From assembly GCF_964204865.1 (NCBI RefSeq), contig NC_135262.1:9920001-9984000 (forward strand): 64,000 nt of DNA. The letters are read 5' to 3'. The translations under genes and the position numbers were made by a program. The notes below the pieces were generated by a model that was given only the letters and a program-made list of their open reading frames with translations, was not told the DNA's origin and made no database searches. This document shows, piece by piece, positions 13,000-24,727 of this stretch; position 1 is the stretch's first letter; every line of letters begins with the position of its first letter. This DNA comes from Styela clava (lineage: Eukaryota).

Positions 13000-14077
13000 C
13001 AGTATGTTCCCCAGCTTTTCTCTTTAGGGGGGATGTTTCAAAATTTAGGGGGTGGTAAATAATTTGCTATCAGAGATAAAACTAGGCTATTTGTATTCTT
13101 AAAAAAATGGTATGTATTTAAGAGACGATGTACATGGGAGCCCCCCCAAGTTGATTGACGGCAAGTCAAAATCCACAGCAGAATGAAATTGTAGGGCCAG
13201 AAAAGGGGAGCTAAGAAAAGTGCGGGATGACACGGCTGGGGTTCAGGGCGCGCTTAAGCGCCCTGAAAAAAATTTGAGAAATAGGCGCCAAAATAGGCTC
13301 TAAGCTTGATTTTAGATACACCTAGCATCGCAGTTTGTTATGTAATAAAATCAATAATTATAATATTTAGCTGATAGAATTCCCGGGGAATAGATAACAA
13401 GCACGGCTTTCAACCGTAAATATATACTACTACGTTTCAACAAGTAATTTGCAAATGATAGTGACTAATGAAGTTACTTGCTCATCTGTCATTGTATGAA
13501 TGGCTACTTATGGCTAGTTTTGTTACACATTTCTAATTTTTTTGAACATGTTTGTTTGACTTTTGTATGAATTAAATTTTGAAATACGCTCGTCAACTGA
13601 TCATAATGTTGTATTCCTTCAGAACTGAAATATTTTGTTGGTAAGAAGACAAATCGCTGAAGTTTGATTCTTTTCGATAAAGAAATAAAAACGCTGTCAT
13701 TCATCTAAAAAACGTCTGTTTTCAGTGCCTAGTTTTCGTTTTGTGACATCTTTAAGCTTTCTTAATATACGGCTGATATCTAAAATACTGCAGTGTGTAA
13801 TCATTATACCCATACATAAGATACCAGAATAATTCAATTGTTACGAAATAAACGTGCTTAAACTGTGATAATGATGTAACAATAGACGGTATCTAAAACT
13901 CAAAAGGTACCACATGAAGGGTTAAACTATTTCACTCAAGTTCGGCGGGCCATTTTAAATGGTCACGCGGGCCGTAATTGGCTCGCAGACTGCGGTTTAG
14001 AACCCCTCAGTGTGGAATCGCACCTCAAAATTAGGGGGGGTGTTCACCCCTTATAGGGGGGTGTAGGGAAATCACTG
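13000..14077. mobile_element. Non-autonomous hAT element D nested in A
   Basis: Ends CAGTATGTTCCC / GGGAAATCACTG; TAGGGGGG subterminal motifs; perfect TSD ATGTAGGA. Confidence 0.85.
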
Positions 14078-16857
14078 ATGTAGGATATGTAACAATGTAG
14101 CCAAATGAATGGAGTGTTCTTCTCGACAAAATTCGTCGAGAGCGCTCACTCAGTTGTTACGTCATAATATATTTCTTTCTAGCCATATGTCATGAAAAGA
14201 CAAAACGAGTTCGCATGAATAACGGATTGTTTAGAAACGATAATGAATAAACGAACACCGAGTTCATCACATAATTCAGAGTCTCGAAACTTTTTATCTG
14301 AAAGAGAATGATCTCGTTTCTGAGGCCTCGCTCGCGTGCCGAATAAATGGGCTCGCGTGCCAAGTTTGGCACGCGTGCCAGGGGTTGCCCACCTCTGTCC
14401 TATGATATGCTCGGCTTTCGGATAATTCCGTATTTCGTTTGTTCTTGTTATGCTGTATATAGGAGGACCAACATAAATGATTACCGATTGATCACAAATT
14501 TGCGATGAATAATTTGAAATGCGTGCTGAATTTGTAATGGCGTCGTGATTGTCTCGTGGTCTTGAAAGCGGTACATTGCAGCGGTGATCGAAAAGTGTGA
14601 TTAGGAAGCTTATGAAATTAACAATTACCATAAAGTTACACTTTCCTTTTTTATTTCATTTTATTATTTTTTGGTGATGGCGTTACAATGTGCAGAGTAA
14701 AAAAGCTACGCGGAAGCAGCTTAAAAGTCTGAAATCTACTCAGTCTTCAAGTATAAAAGCAACATGTCAAATTCAGCTTTATTCATTGCACAAAGCAGAA
14801 AATTAAGAATAAACAGTAATAATCCTTCAAAACAATATTCAGTAATTAAACAAAAAAAAAATTGTATGATAGACTGAAAATCTTATAATCATATTTTAAT
14901 GTGCATACGCTTAGTCCCGCTTGATAGGGAATAATATGTAATCAGTCAGATGACTTCTTACTTGGGGAGCTTTGGGCTATTTCCATCAGTACCAGATTTT
15001 AATGAAATTCTAGCAAACCGATGCTATTCCTATTAGCTTAGAATTACAAAATAATAAGAACAAAAAACAAACAATAGATTACTTTTTGAAAAGCAGAAGA
15101 TGTTTGTACTTATAAGCTTTATATTGATGAAAATATTGAACTTCTATTGGTGATATTCAGAAAACAACATTATAAGTAAAAATATGGTTCAGATATATAA
15201 TTAGTCTGAAAATCTTAAAATAAAACACTGTAACACGATTGGTTGGCTTACATATGGTGTTATTATCTTTTTACCTATGATTACTGCAATTATAATAAAG
15301 GAATTTTCCTCGATATATATCCCTGTAAATTTAATAATCACAATAAATAATTTTGAGGGAGGAGTAAAGTCGATAAGATTGAAAAATAGCTAACCAGTTA
15401 CGTGCTAATAATACATTAAAAGTTGGGTATGAGGGACAAGTACAGTTTCAAGTATTTTATGGAGTCTGAAGCTGCCGCAAACCATGGCGACATGGCCACT
15501 ATGGCCAAACAATGGCGACTGACTTTTTAGCTGCCTCAAACTAATGGCGAGCTGCTGGTACCACGGCAGCAAATTTAAAACCAATGGCGGGTAAAATTTT
15601 GCTGCCGTAAACAAGGCATGTCGGCTGTCACTGATGGTGAAAAATATTGTGTAAGTTGGAACATTTTTCTTATGGATACAGTTTTGATGGGTCTGGGGTT
15701 AGGTTTCAGGTTTAAGTAGATATAATTCTGCATGATAAACGAAAATCGGGTACATGACTTTGTGAATATACCGGTAATACTGATTACTGAATAGCGCCAT
15801 AAAACCATGGCGAGACACGCCGTGGTTCTCTGAGACTTGTGAGGGAAGCTGCGTCAAACGATGTTCAACCATATAACATTGGTACATGACACCATATAAA
15901 CAGGGGAACAAAAATGATGCAAACGGAGATAGTGGACAAATACATAATGTAATAACTTTGCTCACTAAGAAACTGTTATTTCAAAAATTAAGAAAGTATA
16001 CATATGCTAATCAAAATAATTTTAAGAGGACTTACAATACGACTAGCCACGTAAACATATAACTATCCGGAACAGTCAAGAATTATTAAACAACAGGTTT
16101 AATAAAATATATACAATTCAAAAAATACAAATTTTTTAGTGCAAGACTTATCTGGAACGACTTCTTAAATTGAAACTTTCTGAAAGGTGAACACTGCAGT
16201 CTTCACATATAACTTTGCTATAATGTCATAGTGTATTATTAATTTTGAGTCACGATATCCATTTGAACTTGTCCCAGGAAGTGTCTATCAAACTAAAAGT
16301 CAATATCGATTGTCTAGCTAAATATCATAAATCATGAATAATCCTTTGATTGAAAAAACGAGCAAATTTGATGAGCAATTATCATTCAGTCTTCAAAAAC
16401 AGGAGTATGAATTTCGCACAAGATTAACAAAATAGTCTGAATTCATGCATCAAGTCTCTCTCATAATAATATGCTGATCATATAGAAAGAAGATTAGAAA
16501 GAATTGCTTCATTATATTGCCAGTGCGCTAGTCTTGTCAACTGTATTTATTGTCAACAGTATTGACTGTCAGTAATGGTGACAATATTTAGTCTCCTATT
16601 TTGATCTTGATTATTCTAATGTTTTTCCAAATATAATTCATGATTATGTAAATAAAGTTGCATTGCTGAATTTATAAAAACCGGACACAAATTTGAATAA
16701 GGAGTATAAATAATTTGCTAATGAAAAAGAATTATCGCACATCAATTACACCATCCCGAAATTATTATGGACGTACTTATATATAATCATCTTGAAACAA
16801 AGCGACTGAAAAAGGTATGAAACCCATTTCTGAAACAGGCAGTTTAAGTCACTACAT

Positions 16858-18852
16858 TTATGATCCAAATTCTACTGTACTATCTTCAATTGGCTTGAAT
16901 TCGTATTTTCCTCGGCCATCCATATGAAGATAATATTCATGATGCTTCCATAATGATTTTCTATGTGACACAGTGAAAAGAGTAATTCCAACTGCACGAC
17001 AATGTTGGTAGATGAATCCTTCAACATCTACACTGACAGCACTTGTACATTCATCTAAAATAGCAAATTGAGGTTTGTGATAGAAAAGCCTTGCCATCGC
17101 CATACGTTGTTTCTCACCACCACTGAGAACATCCATCCAGTCTTGCACAGAGTTCCATCCACCTTCTCGTTCAAGAATATTTTCAAGTTGGACTTTTTGC
17201 AAAATTTCTTGCAACTGCTCATCTGAGAATCCATTTTTCAACATCTCTTTTTTTGAGTCTGGATAGATAACTTGATCACGCAAAGTACCCAATGTCATGT
17301 AAGGCCTTTGCGGAACATAAAACAACTTTCCTCGAGATGGTTTTGTGACCGTACCTCCAAACAGAGGCCATAATTCACCGAGAACTCTGAAAAGAGAACT
17401 TTTTCCACATCCATTTGGACCACAGACTAATACATTTTTGCCCGAGTGAACTGTAAAACTCATTTCTTCAATTAAAACGTCTCCATTTGGGGTCACAAGT
17501 GGGACTTTGTCAAAGCAAATAATGTAATCCTTGGTGATGATTTTTCCACTTCCAGGTACCAATTCCATGGATTTTTTGGATTTCCTCCCGTCTTTCTCAT
17601 CATTTTTGCTGACCATGGTTCTTTCATAATGCCCTTCATTCAATTCTTTCGTGACTTTCATCAGCTCTGTGACTCTCAAAGTAAAACCCGATAACCTTGT
17701 CATTTCTCGTCCGGCAAGTACTATCCTGCCAATCGCTTGTGAGAGTCGTACCAACATACGTCCACTCGTATAATAATCTTCCAAAAGCTCTGAATGAGAA
17801 TAATTATCAAATCTGTCATTCTTTAGATCCATAAATGGACGACTCACTATCAAATATCCACAGGTTGTCGCAGTGTATTTTGCAATGATATCATCTACAA
17901 TTCCCATTCTGAAGCGGAAACCAACAAATTTCTGTAAATGATCATACAACTTTTTGAACGTTAGAAGAATGGTATTCTTCTCTTTCTCATTACCATTATA
18001 GAAGGCAATTTCCTCGCTATTGGTAATTAAACGAGAGTTGACGTATCTGAATTCTCCTTCCAATTGCTGTTCTGTCACAGTCAATTTTCCAATAGGTTGA
18101 CGCATTCTCGTTAAAATCATTCCAGAAACGACAAGATATGCTATCATTGTTGCTGGCCCTTGTGCACCAATGGTATCTGTCAATCTATAAATGTAGATGA
18201 GAATGTCCAACAGCGGTTTACTGATATTTGAATACAAGTCGACAACACTATTGCAGAATCTTTCAATATCTTGAGTTAATAGTTGATCTGGATTGGCAAT
18301 TCTATTATCAAGATTACTCATTTTATAATAAGTATATCCTTGAAGATAATGCTCATACATGTGTAATGTGAACTGCTTTCTGAAATGAAGTTTGAGTGCA
18401 TTCAGTCCATACTTGAGCATTTGATTGGTTAGAGCAATCGCTGGTTGCATAGAAATATATTTAAAAAGATATCGAAGAAACCGGCTCCGATCTCTGGCAA
18501 TAATAGAACTTTCAATTGACGTCCCATTTTTGATCATCCACACATCAAATCTTGTTCGCATGATCAACATCAAAGCAACTAGAATCAAAAGGCCAGTTTC
18601 TTTTGACCACCAACCAGGCACCATAATTCGTAGAATCTGTTTGAGTCTACGAATGAAATTCATGTCTATAGCGGCTTTTTCTTTGGCGCCATTTTTACCA
18701 GATTTTGTGAAAACTATGTCACTTTCTTTATCTTTAGATTTGGTTCCAGATCGATATAATCCTAAAAAGTGTGCAGTAAGTACCAAACCAGTTCCATAAG
18801 CAGCAAATCGCAAATAACGATAATCCGCCAACTTGCTTAGAACAGGAGCCAT
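16858..18852 (-). CDS. ABCD3: Peroxisomal ABC half-transporter, subfamily D member 3 (PMP70), 664 aa, single coding exon
   Basis: NPDQLLTQDIE, EAA-like NSEEIAFYNG, Walker A GPNGCGKSS, signature LSGGEKQR, Walker B AILDECTSAVS, C-terminal EFGS typical of ABCD3. Confidence 0.96.
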   Translation of the reverse strand: MAPVLSKLADYRYLRFAAYGTGLVLTAHFLGLYRSGTKSKDKESDIVFTKSGKNGAKEKAAIDMNFIRRLKQILRIMVPGWWSKETGLLILVALMLIMRTRFDVWMIKNGTSIESSIIARDRSRFLRYLFKYISMQPAIALTNQMLKYGLNALKLHFRKQFTLHMYEHYLQGYTYYKMSNLDNRIANPDQLLTQDIERFCNSVVDLYSNISKPLLDILIYIYRLTDTIGAQGPATMIAYLVVSGMILTRMRQPIGKLTVTEQQLEGEFRYVNSRLITNSEEIAFYNGNEKEKNTILLTFKKLYDHLQKFVGFRFRMGIVDDIIAKYTATTCGYLIVSRPFMDLKNDRFDNYSHSELLEDYYTSGRMLVRLSQAIGRIVLAGREMTRLSGFTLRVTELMKVTKELNEGHYERTMVSKNDEKDGRKSKKSMELVPGSGKIITKDYIICFDKVPLVTPNGDVLIEEMSFTVHSGKNVLVCGPNGCGKSSLFRVLGELWPLFGGTVTKPSRGKLFYVPQRPYMTLGTLRDQVIYPDSKKEMLKNGFSDEQLQEILQKVQLENILEREGGWNSVQDWMDVLSGGEKQRMAMARLFYHKPQFAILDECTSAVSVDVEGFIYQHCRAVGITLFTVSHRKSLWKHHEYYLHMDGRGKYEFKPIEDSTVEFGS

Positions 18853-19012
18853 TTTAATAAATTACATATACGCTTGAGTACTAAATAGGAAAATGTGTCA
18901 GATTAATATAAATGACTACAATAAGCAGAAATGAGAGCAAGTCTACTGACCTACTTTGAATTTGAGCAAAACATGTAAAATTATTTCCAAAGTTTTATTT
19001 AAACTAATTTGT

Positions 19013-19208
19013 TAGGATAGGATTTACATATTTATCCTGGGCTGCCGAGGAGAGGAACCGACCAGCGGTTACGTGAACCTCCCTACTCCGGCGAGGAGTC
19101 CAGCAATCCTCTCGCACGTAATCAACCGTGCATGGAATTAGAACCCATCAGAGATGCAGTCGCGGACATATTCCTAACGCTTAACACGATGTGTCACATC
19201 GCCGAGCC
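19013..19208 (-). mobile_element. tRNA-derived SINE (degenerate)
   Basis: Minus strand starts GGCTCGGCGATGTG (A-box-like), has B-box-like GGTTCTAATTCC, and ends in an (ATCCT)n tail. Confidence 0.55.
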
Positions 19209-19765
19209 AAAATGTTGTTGAATACTGAAATACTGTATCCAGGTATCACTGTCTCAAGAGAAGAAGCAGAGAAGAGAGCGGGCCTACTAATTTGCTTGGG
19301 CCCGTAGGCCAAATACAGCAGTACGGGTACTGAATTACCACACTGCCACATCGGTCTGCTGGTACCGTAGGCCTGGCCTACCTCAGTTCAGCAGTCAGTC
19401 AGTGCATTGTTTCAGTTTTCTGGTTTTATATGACTCGTATAACTGTATAAATTTGACTGATGGACCGGAAGATAAGATTTTATTTTGATTCATTCGCAAA
19501 AACAAAATAAACATATATACAAAAAAGATTAAGGCGACTGGGCAGATTTTTGACTGATGGACTGGAAATGTGCAACATGGGCGCAAAATGGAAGATTTTC
19601 AAAGATAGTGTGAAAATAAGTTTGGACGAAATTATGCTCTGCTCAAATATGTGACCAGATATACAAAAGTTAAACTGCACGAACTGATATTTGAAAATTC
19701 ACAATCGATTTTTACATTGGTGTGTTAACGTTTTAGTAGATTTTACTAGATATATTTTTGCTACA

Positions 19766-20137
19766 GGGGTGGTGACTCCTCTACGACCCATGGGCCGGGG
19801 CCACGGCCCATCTAATTTGGCCACATGGGGCCCAATGGGCTGCGGCCCCGTCAGGAAAAATTCAATTATCTTACCAAAATTTTCAATTTTTACAAAATTG
19901 TCAATATTCAAACCAAAAAATAAACTCCTGTAGTATGTGTACCAGGTTAGGGTTAGGTTAGGGTTGTTCAGATTTTTTACATTATAGTTCTATTATGAGT
20001 TTGGGGACTGTCTGTGTTAGCCAAGTGAATAGTTTCTTTACACAACTTGATGGGCCGCGGCCCATAGCCTGATGGGCCGAGGCCCAATTTGATGGGCCGT
20101 GGCCCCGGCCCATGGGCCGAAGAGGAGTCACCACTTC
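19766..20137. mobile_element. MITE with long (~50 bp) TIRs and GGGCCG(C/T)GGCCC subrepeats
   Basis: GTGGTGACTCCTCT.CG.CCCATGGGCCGGGGCCACGGCCCATC mirrored by GATGGGCCGTGGCCCCGGCCCATGGGCCGAAGAGGAGTCACCAC. Confidence 0.8.
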
Positions 20138-21079
20138 CACTCTATTTTTGAGCATGAAACAGAAACATGCATTCGCACCTCATTCTAGGATTTTTTGAAT
20201 TGTTTGTTTACATGCCGCATCGCCTTAATCTTTTGTGTATAGCCTATATGTTTATTTTGTTTTTGCGAATGAATCGAGATAAAATATAATCTTAAAAAAA
20301 AAAGTCATTTGATACAACTCACGTGTCATTCAGTCATTGAGGCATGCTTGGCTGGAATGCCTGCCCGCTCAGCTATTCTACAGGCATAAGCAAAAACGTC
20401 GTAAAGCAAGATAAGGATAACTGTATAGCCTACGTATAATTGCAAGAGCTTCCGTTTGTACACCTGTATGACATCAGCAGTTTTTGATAATCTCGAACTC
20501 CCAAAGAAATTGCGAAATACGCCACCTCTAGGTCGCTCAACGGCCTACAATGCATTTCATATTGCCCACGAGTGGGCAATGGAGATCATAAAATATGTGT
20601 ACCGGTATGTAACCAATGACATTAAGTTACACAAAGTTACTTACGCCTGAAACTAGTTTTCGAGTTTTTCTGTTTGCTGTTTACCTTTTAGCTTTGTTTG
20701 TTTACTGAAAAAACAGCAGCTAATTACTATAAATCTTCCCTATGTTTTGACCATTATCCCGATCTCTCGTCGTCATTGTCTGTGCTTTTTTATTTACGGT
20801 ATTTAGTCGTGTTCTGTGTTGTAGACGAAAGATCGGAATAAAATTGAATTGTAATTGAACACGAAATGGGCCTATGGATCGTTTTGTTAATTATTATTAT
20901 GTTGTTGTTCTGTGGGCTTTATTCATGGTATTCGCACTTTGTGGCGTTTCCGCATTCGAAGCCGGTGGTCATAAGAAGTCCTGAAGAATGCAGTAGGCTA
21001 CTGGTAGCTACTGTTGAAGATTGCATATCCATACTACTTCATCCATACCACTTTGTAATTTTTTTTGATGACTGAAAAT

Positions 21080-21164
21080 AAAAGACATCCCCCAAAATAA
21101 GCCCTAGTGTCATTTTTCGAAAGAAAATTGAAATAAGACCGTTTTTATTCGGGGAAACACGGTA
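21080..21164. mobile_element. Tc1/mariner-type MITE right-end fragment
   Basis: Repeated AAATAAG(A/C)C motifs ending in TTCGGGGAAACACGG-TA. Confidence 0.45.
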
Positions 21165-21539
21165 CGAGTACCCTTCCTCGTCCGTGACCACTAAGAGCAG
21201 TGGTCGACAAACTGTGGACCGCGCCCAATCATGGGCCGTCGGGCATTTTCTAGTTGGACTCTAATAAATTTCAAATAGGACAGTGATATACGAAAGAGTT
21301 CTCTAAATTCAACATTACATCCAAATTTTTTGCCAGCTGGTTTATGTTCGTATATCAAACGATCTAATGACCTACTCTGCTTACAATAGCAGCAGTCATC
21401 CCCTAAAAACAATATCACCGGTACACAACCTGAGTATAATAATCTTCCTGCATCTGTCATAAATCCGTAGGCAATCAAGAGTCAGCATATTTTAATTTGC
21501 ATCCGCTATCCTAATTAACCTAATTAGCAATCAGGCTAA

Positions 21540-24500
21540 TTAGTAATTATAATTGCAAACACACCCTGCAGAAGGATCACAGCAAGGAATCAAGGATTTA
21601 TGCCCAGATTTATCTAACTCTGGTTGAGCAATACCGGTGAAAGTGGCTTCGTGTTCAGCAACAAGTTGAGCAATTTGGTTTACAACTTCTATTGTATTTG
21701 GATCGGTGGGGTCTTCTCTGCTCTTTTCTCGCTCACCAGGTAGTTTCGTAAAATCAAACACGAGAGGAGGATTCCATTCATGAATATCGGCACCATCATA
21801 GCAAGCAAAATCTCCCTGTGTTGAACCACATCCCGATGGTATCGCTGTAACGTGTATTCATTTTAAGATTTGGAACTCGCATCCCAAGATTTTTGAGTTA
21901 TTACACATGTACAAAGTTTTATGGTAGATAATATTTAACGATTTAAAAACGAGACACGTAACTTGTTTTTTAGCTTAAACCTCCAATCGGGATTGTCTAT
22001 TTGCTTCTAAATCGAGGCAAAGTTGACGTTTGCCTATTATACTCACGCAAATCGCCCATAGTGTGGTAATGCAGTTTGTAGTTTCCATGGCGGACTCCCA
22101 TAAGTCGGTCGGAACAGTAGTAAAACAAAGTATCACGGACTGAAGATTCAGGGACCAATTCTGTTATTAGTTGCCCATCCAATACAGTACCAGTGTTTTG
22201 CAAATGTACCAAGTAGTTGCTTCCACCTGTTAATGTATTTTAAAAGATGTGTAAAATTTTGATAATTGGATTTGGCTTAAGAAGTGTAGGATTCATTTAA
22301 TAGAAATTGACTGGCCTGCAAGATTGATTATAGTTGTGAAGATATCCATGTGATTCACAAGATTATTGCTGGTTGTTCCGGGTTCAATAGTTCCAGGCCA
22401 CCATAATACAGCAGGAACGCGATATCCTCCTTCCCAAGTGGTTCCCTTGCCGCTACGAAATATACCATTCGATGTGGTTGTTCGACAAAGCGGTGGTAGT
22501 GCACCGTGGTCAGAGGTGAAAATTGCAATTGTGTCCTGTTCAATTTCCAGGGTTTTAATTTTGTTTAAGACTTCTCCAACTGCCCATGACATTTCATTAA
22601 TGTTGTCACCGTATTCTCCTGAATATCGAAAATTACTGACAGTAAAACTGGGCGCAAAAAGAGAAATCTTGGCGATAATAAAATTGAAAAGTTAAGGTTA
22701 CAATCGGAGAATGAAAAATAACGGACAGAACCAAAGTGAATGAAAATGTCTAAGCTAATTTTCCCCTGTTGAAGTTGAATAATTACATCGTTTTTTTCTG
22801 GTGTCAAACGTTTTGTTAGCAAAACCATGAATATATAAATTACACAAATCAATAAAGTCATACCTCGACTCGATTTGCCACAGAATTGACTGTTGCAGAA
22901 ATAATCCATATGAACTTGTGGAAAAGCAAAATACAAGAAAAACGGTTTGGCTTTATTGGCATCAATAAATTTAACAGCATCATCGACAAGTTTCTGAGTT
23001 AGATCCGGTAAATTTATAGGTTGCTCAACTACAGTATCTCCAGAATAAACAAAGCATGACTTCACCATGTCGTCGGCCGCCTGAATTTAAATTATCGTTT
23101 GATATATAAATAAAATGATAAAATATAGACTAATATCGTTATATTACCATTTAAAAAAATATGAAAGGACTGATTGTCATTTATCAAAGAGGTCTGACCG
23201 ATTCATCTCCATAAATCAGTTCCCAACTAAAACCCTCCAGCAACGGCTGAAGAGGTAAATTTTGCCAGCAAGTATATGACCAAATGTTGCGATGGATCAG
23301 ATAGGACATTGTAACATTGTTGGGCGAGACTGTCCCCTGTCCTTCTTTCATAGTTCACTTATGTCACGCTGGAGACAGATTACTTACACAGTAGAATGGG
23401 TACAATATAATATTTAGATGTCGCCTATGGTAGAATAAAATCCGAGAACCCCTGCCGTAAATTATTATTTGTACCAGTCACTTAAGTTCCAGTGTACACT
23501 TTGCAATTATGCATATCTGGCTTAGAAATGTTGATATTCTTTTATTAGTGACGTACGTTGTTAATGTTACAATTTCCTGATTGACCCAAAGGCAGATTTG
23601 TTCCAACGAAATCGAATCCATGATTATGCGGAAGATGAACTCCGTCAGTATTGCTTTCTTTATTGAGTCCTTCAAATAGAATTATTATGTGTATAGCATT
23701 AACATAACAACTTTAAAAATAGTTAATACTATAATTGAATATGTCTTTAGGAGATAAAGTCCAAGCTTGACTTAATGTTTCATCAATACCTATGTGATAA
23801 CTTTATTCAATTCCCTGTACTTGAAAAATGTACTAGTAATTTATTATACCATGTTAATCAATTACTCTTGGTAAGATTTTTTTGGCATACTCGGTTCTCA
23901 CAGTATAGAACCATATTGATTAAAAATCTCCTTCCCCAGATTCGCAATTGCCTTTGCCCGAAAATACCAGAATTGTAATTCATAGTTAGTTAGTTTGTTA
24001 GGTTACCTAAATGCCATTTTCCCACCATTCCTGTGGCATACCCTTGATATTTTAACGCTTCAGCAATGGTTCTTTCCGAATCTGGAAGTCCACCACTATC
24101 CCTTGGAGCAAACACAAGAGAAGAATTTCCATAAACACCAGTCCTTCTTGCGTAACGACCTGAAAAATGTGTTGTTTACTAATATATATCAATGTTTTGA
24201 GAGGCGGTCGGTCACACAGGATAGAATAAAGGTGAGCTCATTAAAGTGTGGGGTTATTTTATGCTGTGAAATCGTCGAAAAAATATTTTTGGCTTCGGAT
24301 CATCATATTATGGCGGATTTTCACGAAACATTAACAGGGTCAGTAAGCGTGCAATTGATGTCACTGGGCCCACTTACCGCCCAACGATCATCACAAAAAA
24401 CACCAAAACTTGTTTCCTTAAAGCATGTAGGTTGCATTGAAAAATAGTACTGTATACATAAATACCTGTTAGCAACGATGCCCTGCTAGGGGTACAAATA

Positions 24501-24727
24501 AATGCCGCAGAAGTCCACTGAGTGAACATCATTCCTTCTTGTGCCATTTGTTCAATAGCGCCAGATTCTTGCTCCGTGTTTCCATATAAATTTAAATCAC
24601 CATACCCCAAATCATCAGCAAAGAATATAATTGTGTTCGGAGGTCTGGTAGATTTCTCATCGCGCGCTTTAGCCACGAGAAAGACGTAGAAAAGCAGGAA
24701 AGTGGAGAAAAAGATGCGAAACCTCAT
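21540..24727 (-). CDS. Secreted/lysosomal arylsulfatase (formylglycine-dependent, ARSA/GALNS-like family), 7 exons
   Basis: Exons 24727-24466, 24159-24007, 23669-23557, 23080-22864, 22618-22316, 22226-22047, 21844-21540. Signal peptide; [20 protein letters not shown] (CxPSR), [26 protein letters not shown]-terminal PCC motif. Confidence 0.93.

Larger units (their letters stand above)
10780..14397. mobile_element. Non-autonomous hAT element A (outermost of a nested stack)
   Basis: TIRs CAGGGGTGGGCAACC / GGTTGCCCACCTCTG; perfect 8-bp TSD TCCTATGA (10772-10779, 14398-14405). Confidence 0.9.

Noticed and set aside
14179-14631. 150-aa minus ORF
   Set aside because: Spans the TIR and subterminal repeats of hAT element A; spurious.
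18425-18799. 124-aa plus-strand ORF
   Set aside because: Antisense shadow of ABCD3; no independent coding features.
19013-19208. tRNA gene candidate
   Set aside because: No cloverleaf; the tail repeat indicates a SINE.
19945-19966. TTAGGG-like telomeric repeats
   Set aside because: Only a few imperfect units inside a MITE; not an interstitial telomere.
23995-24447. 150-aa plus ORF
   Set aside because: Antisense to arylsulfatase exon 2 and intron 1.
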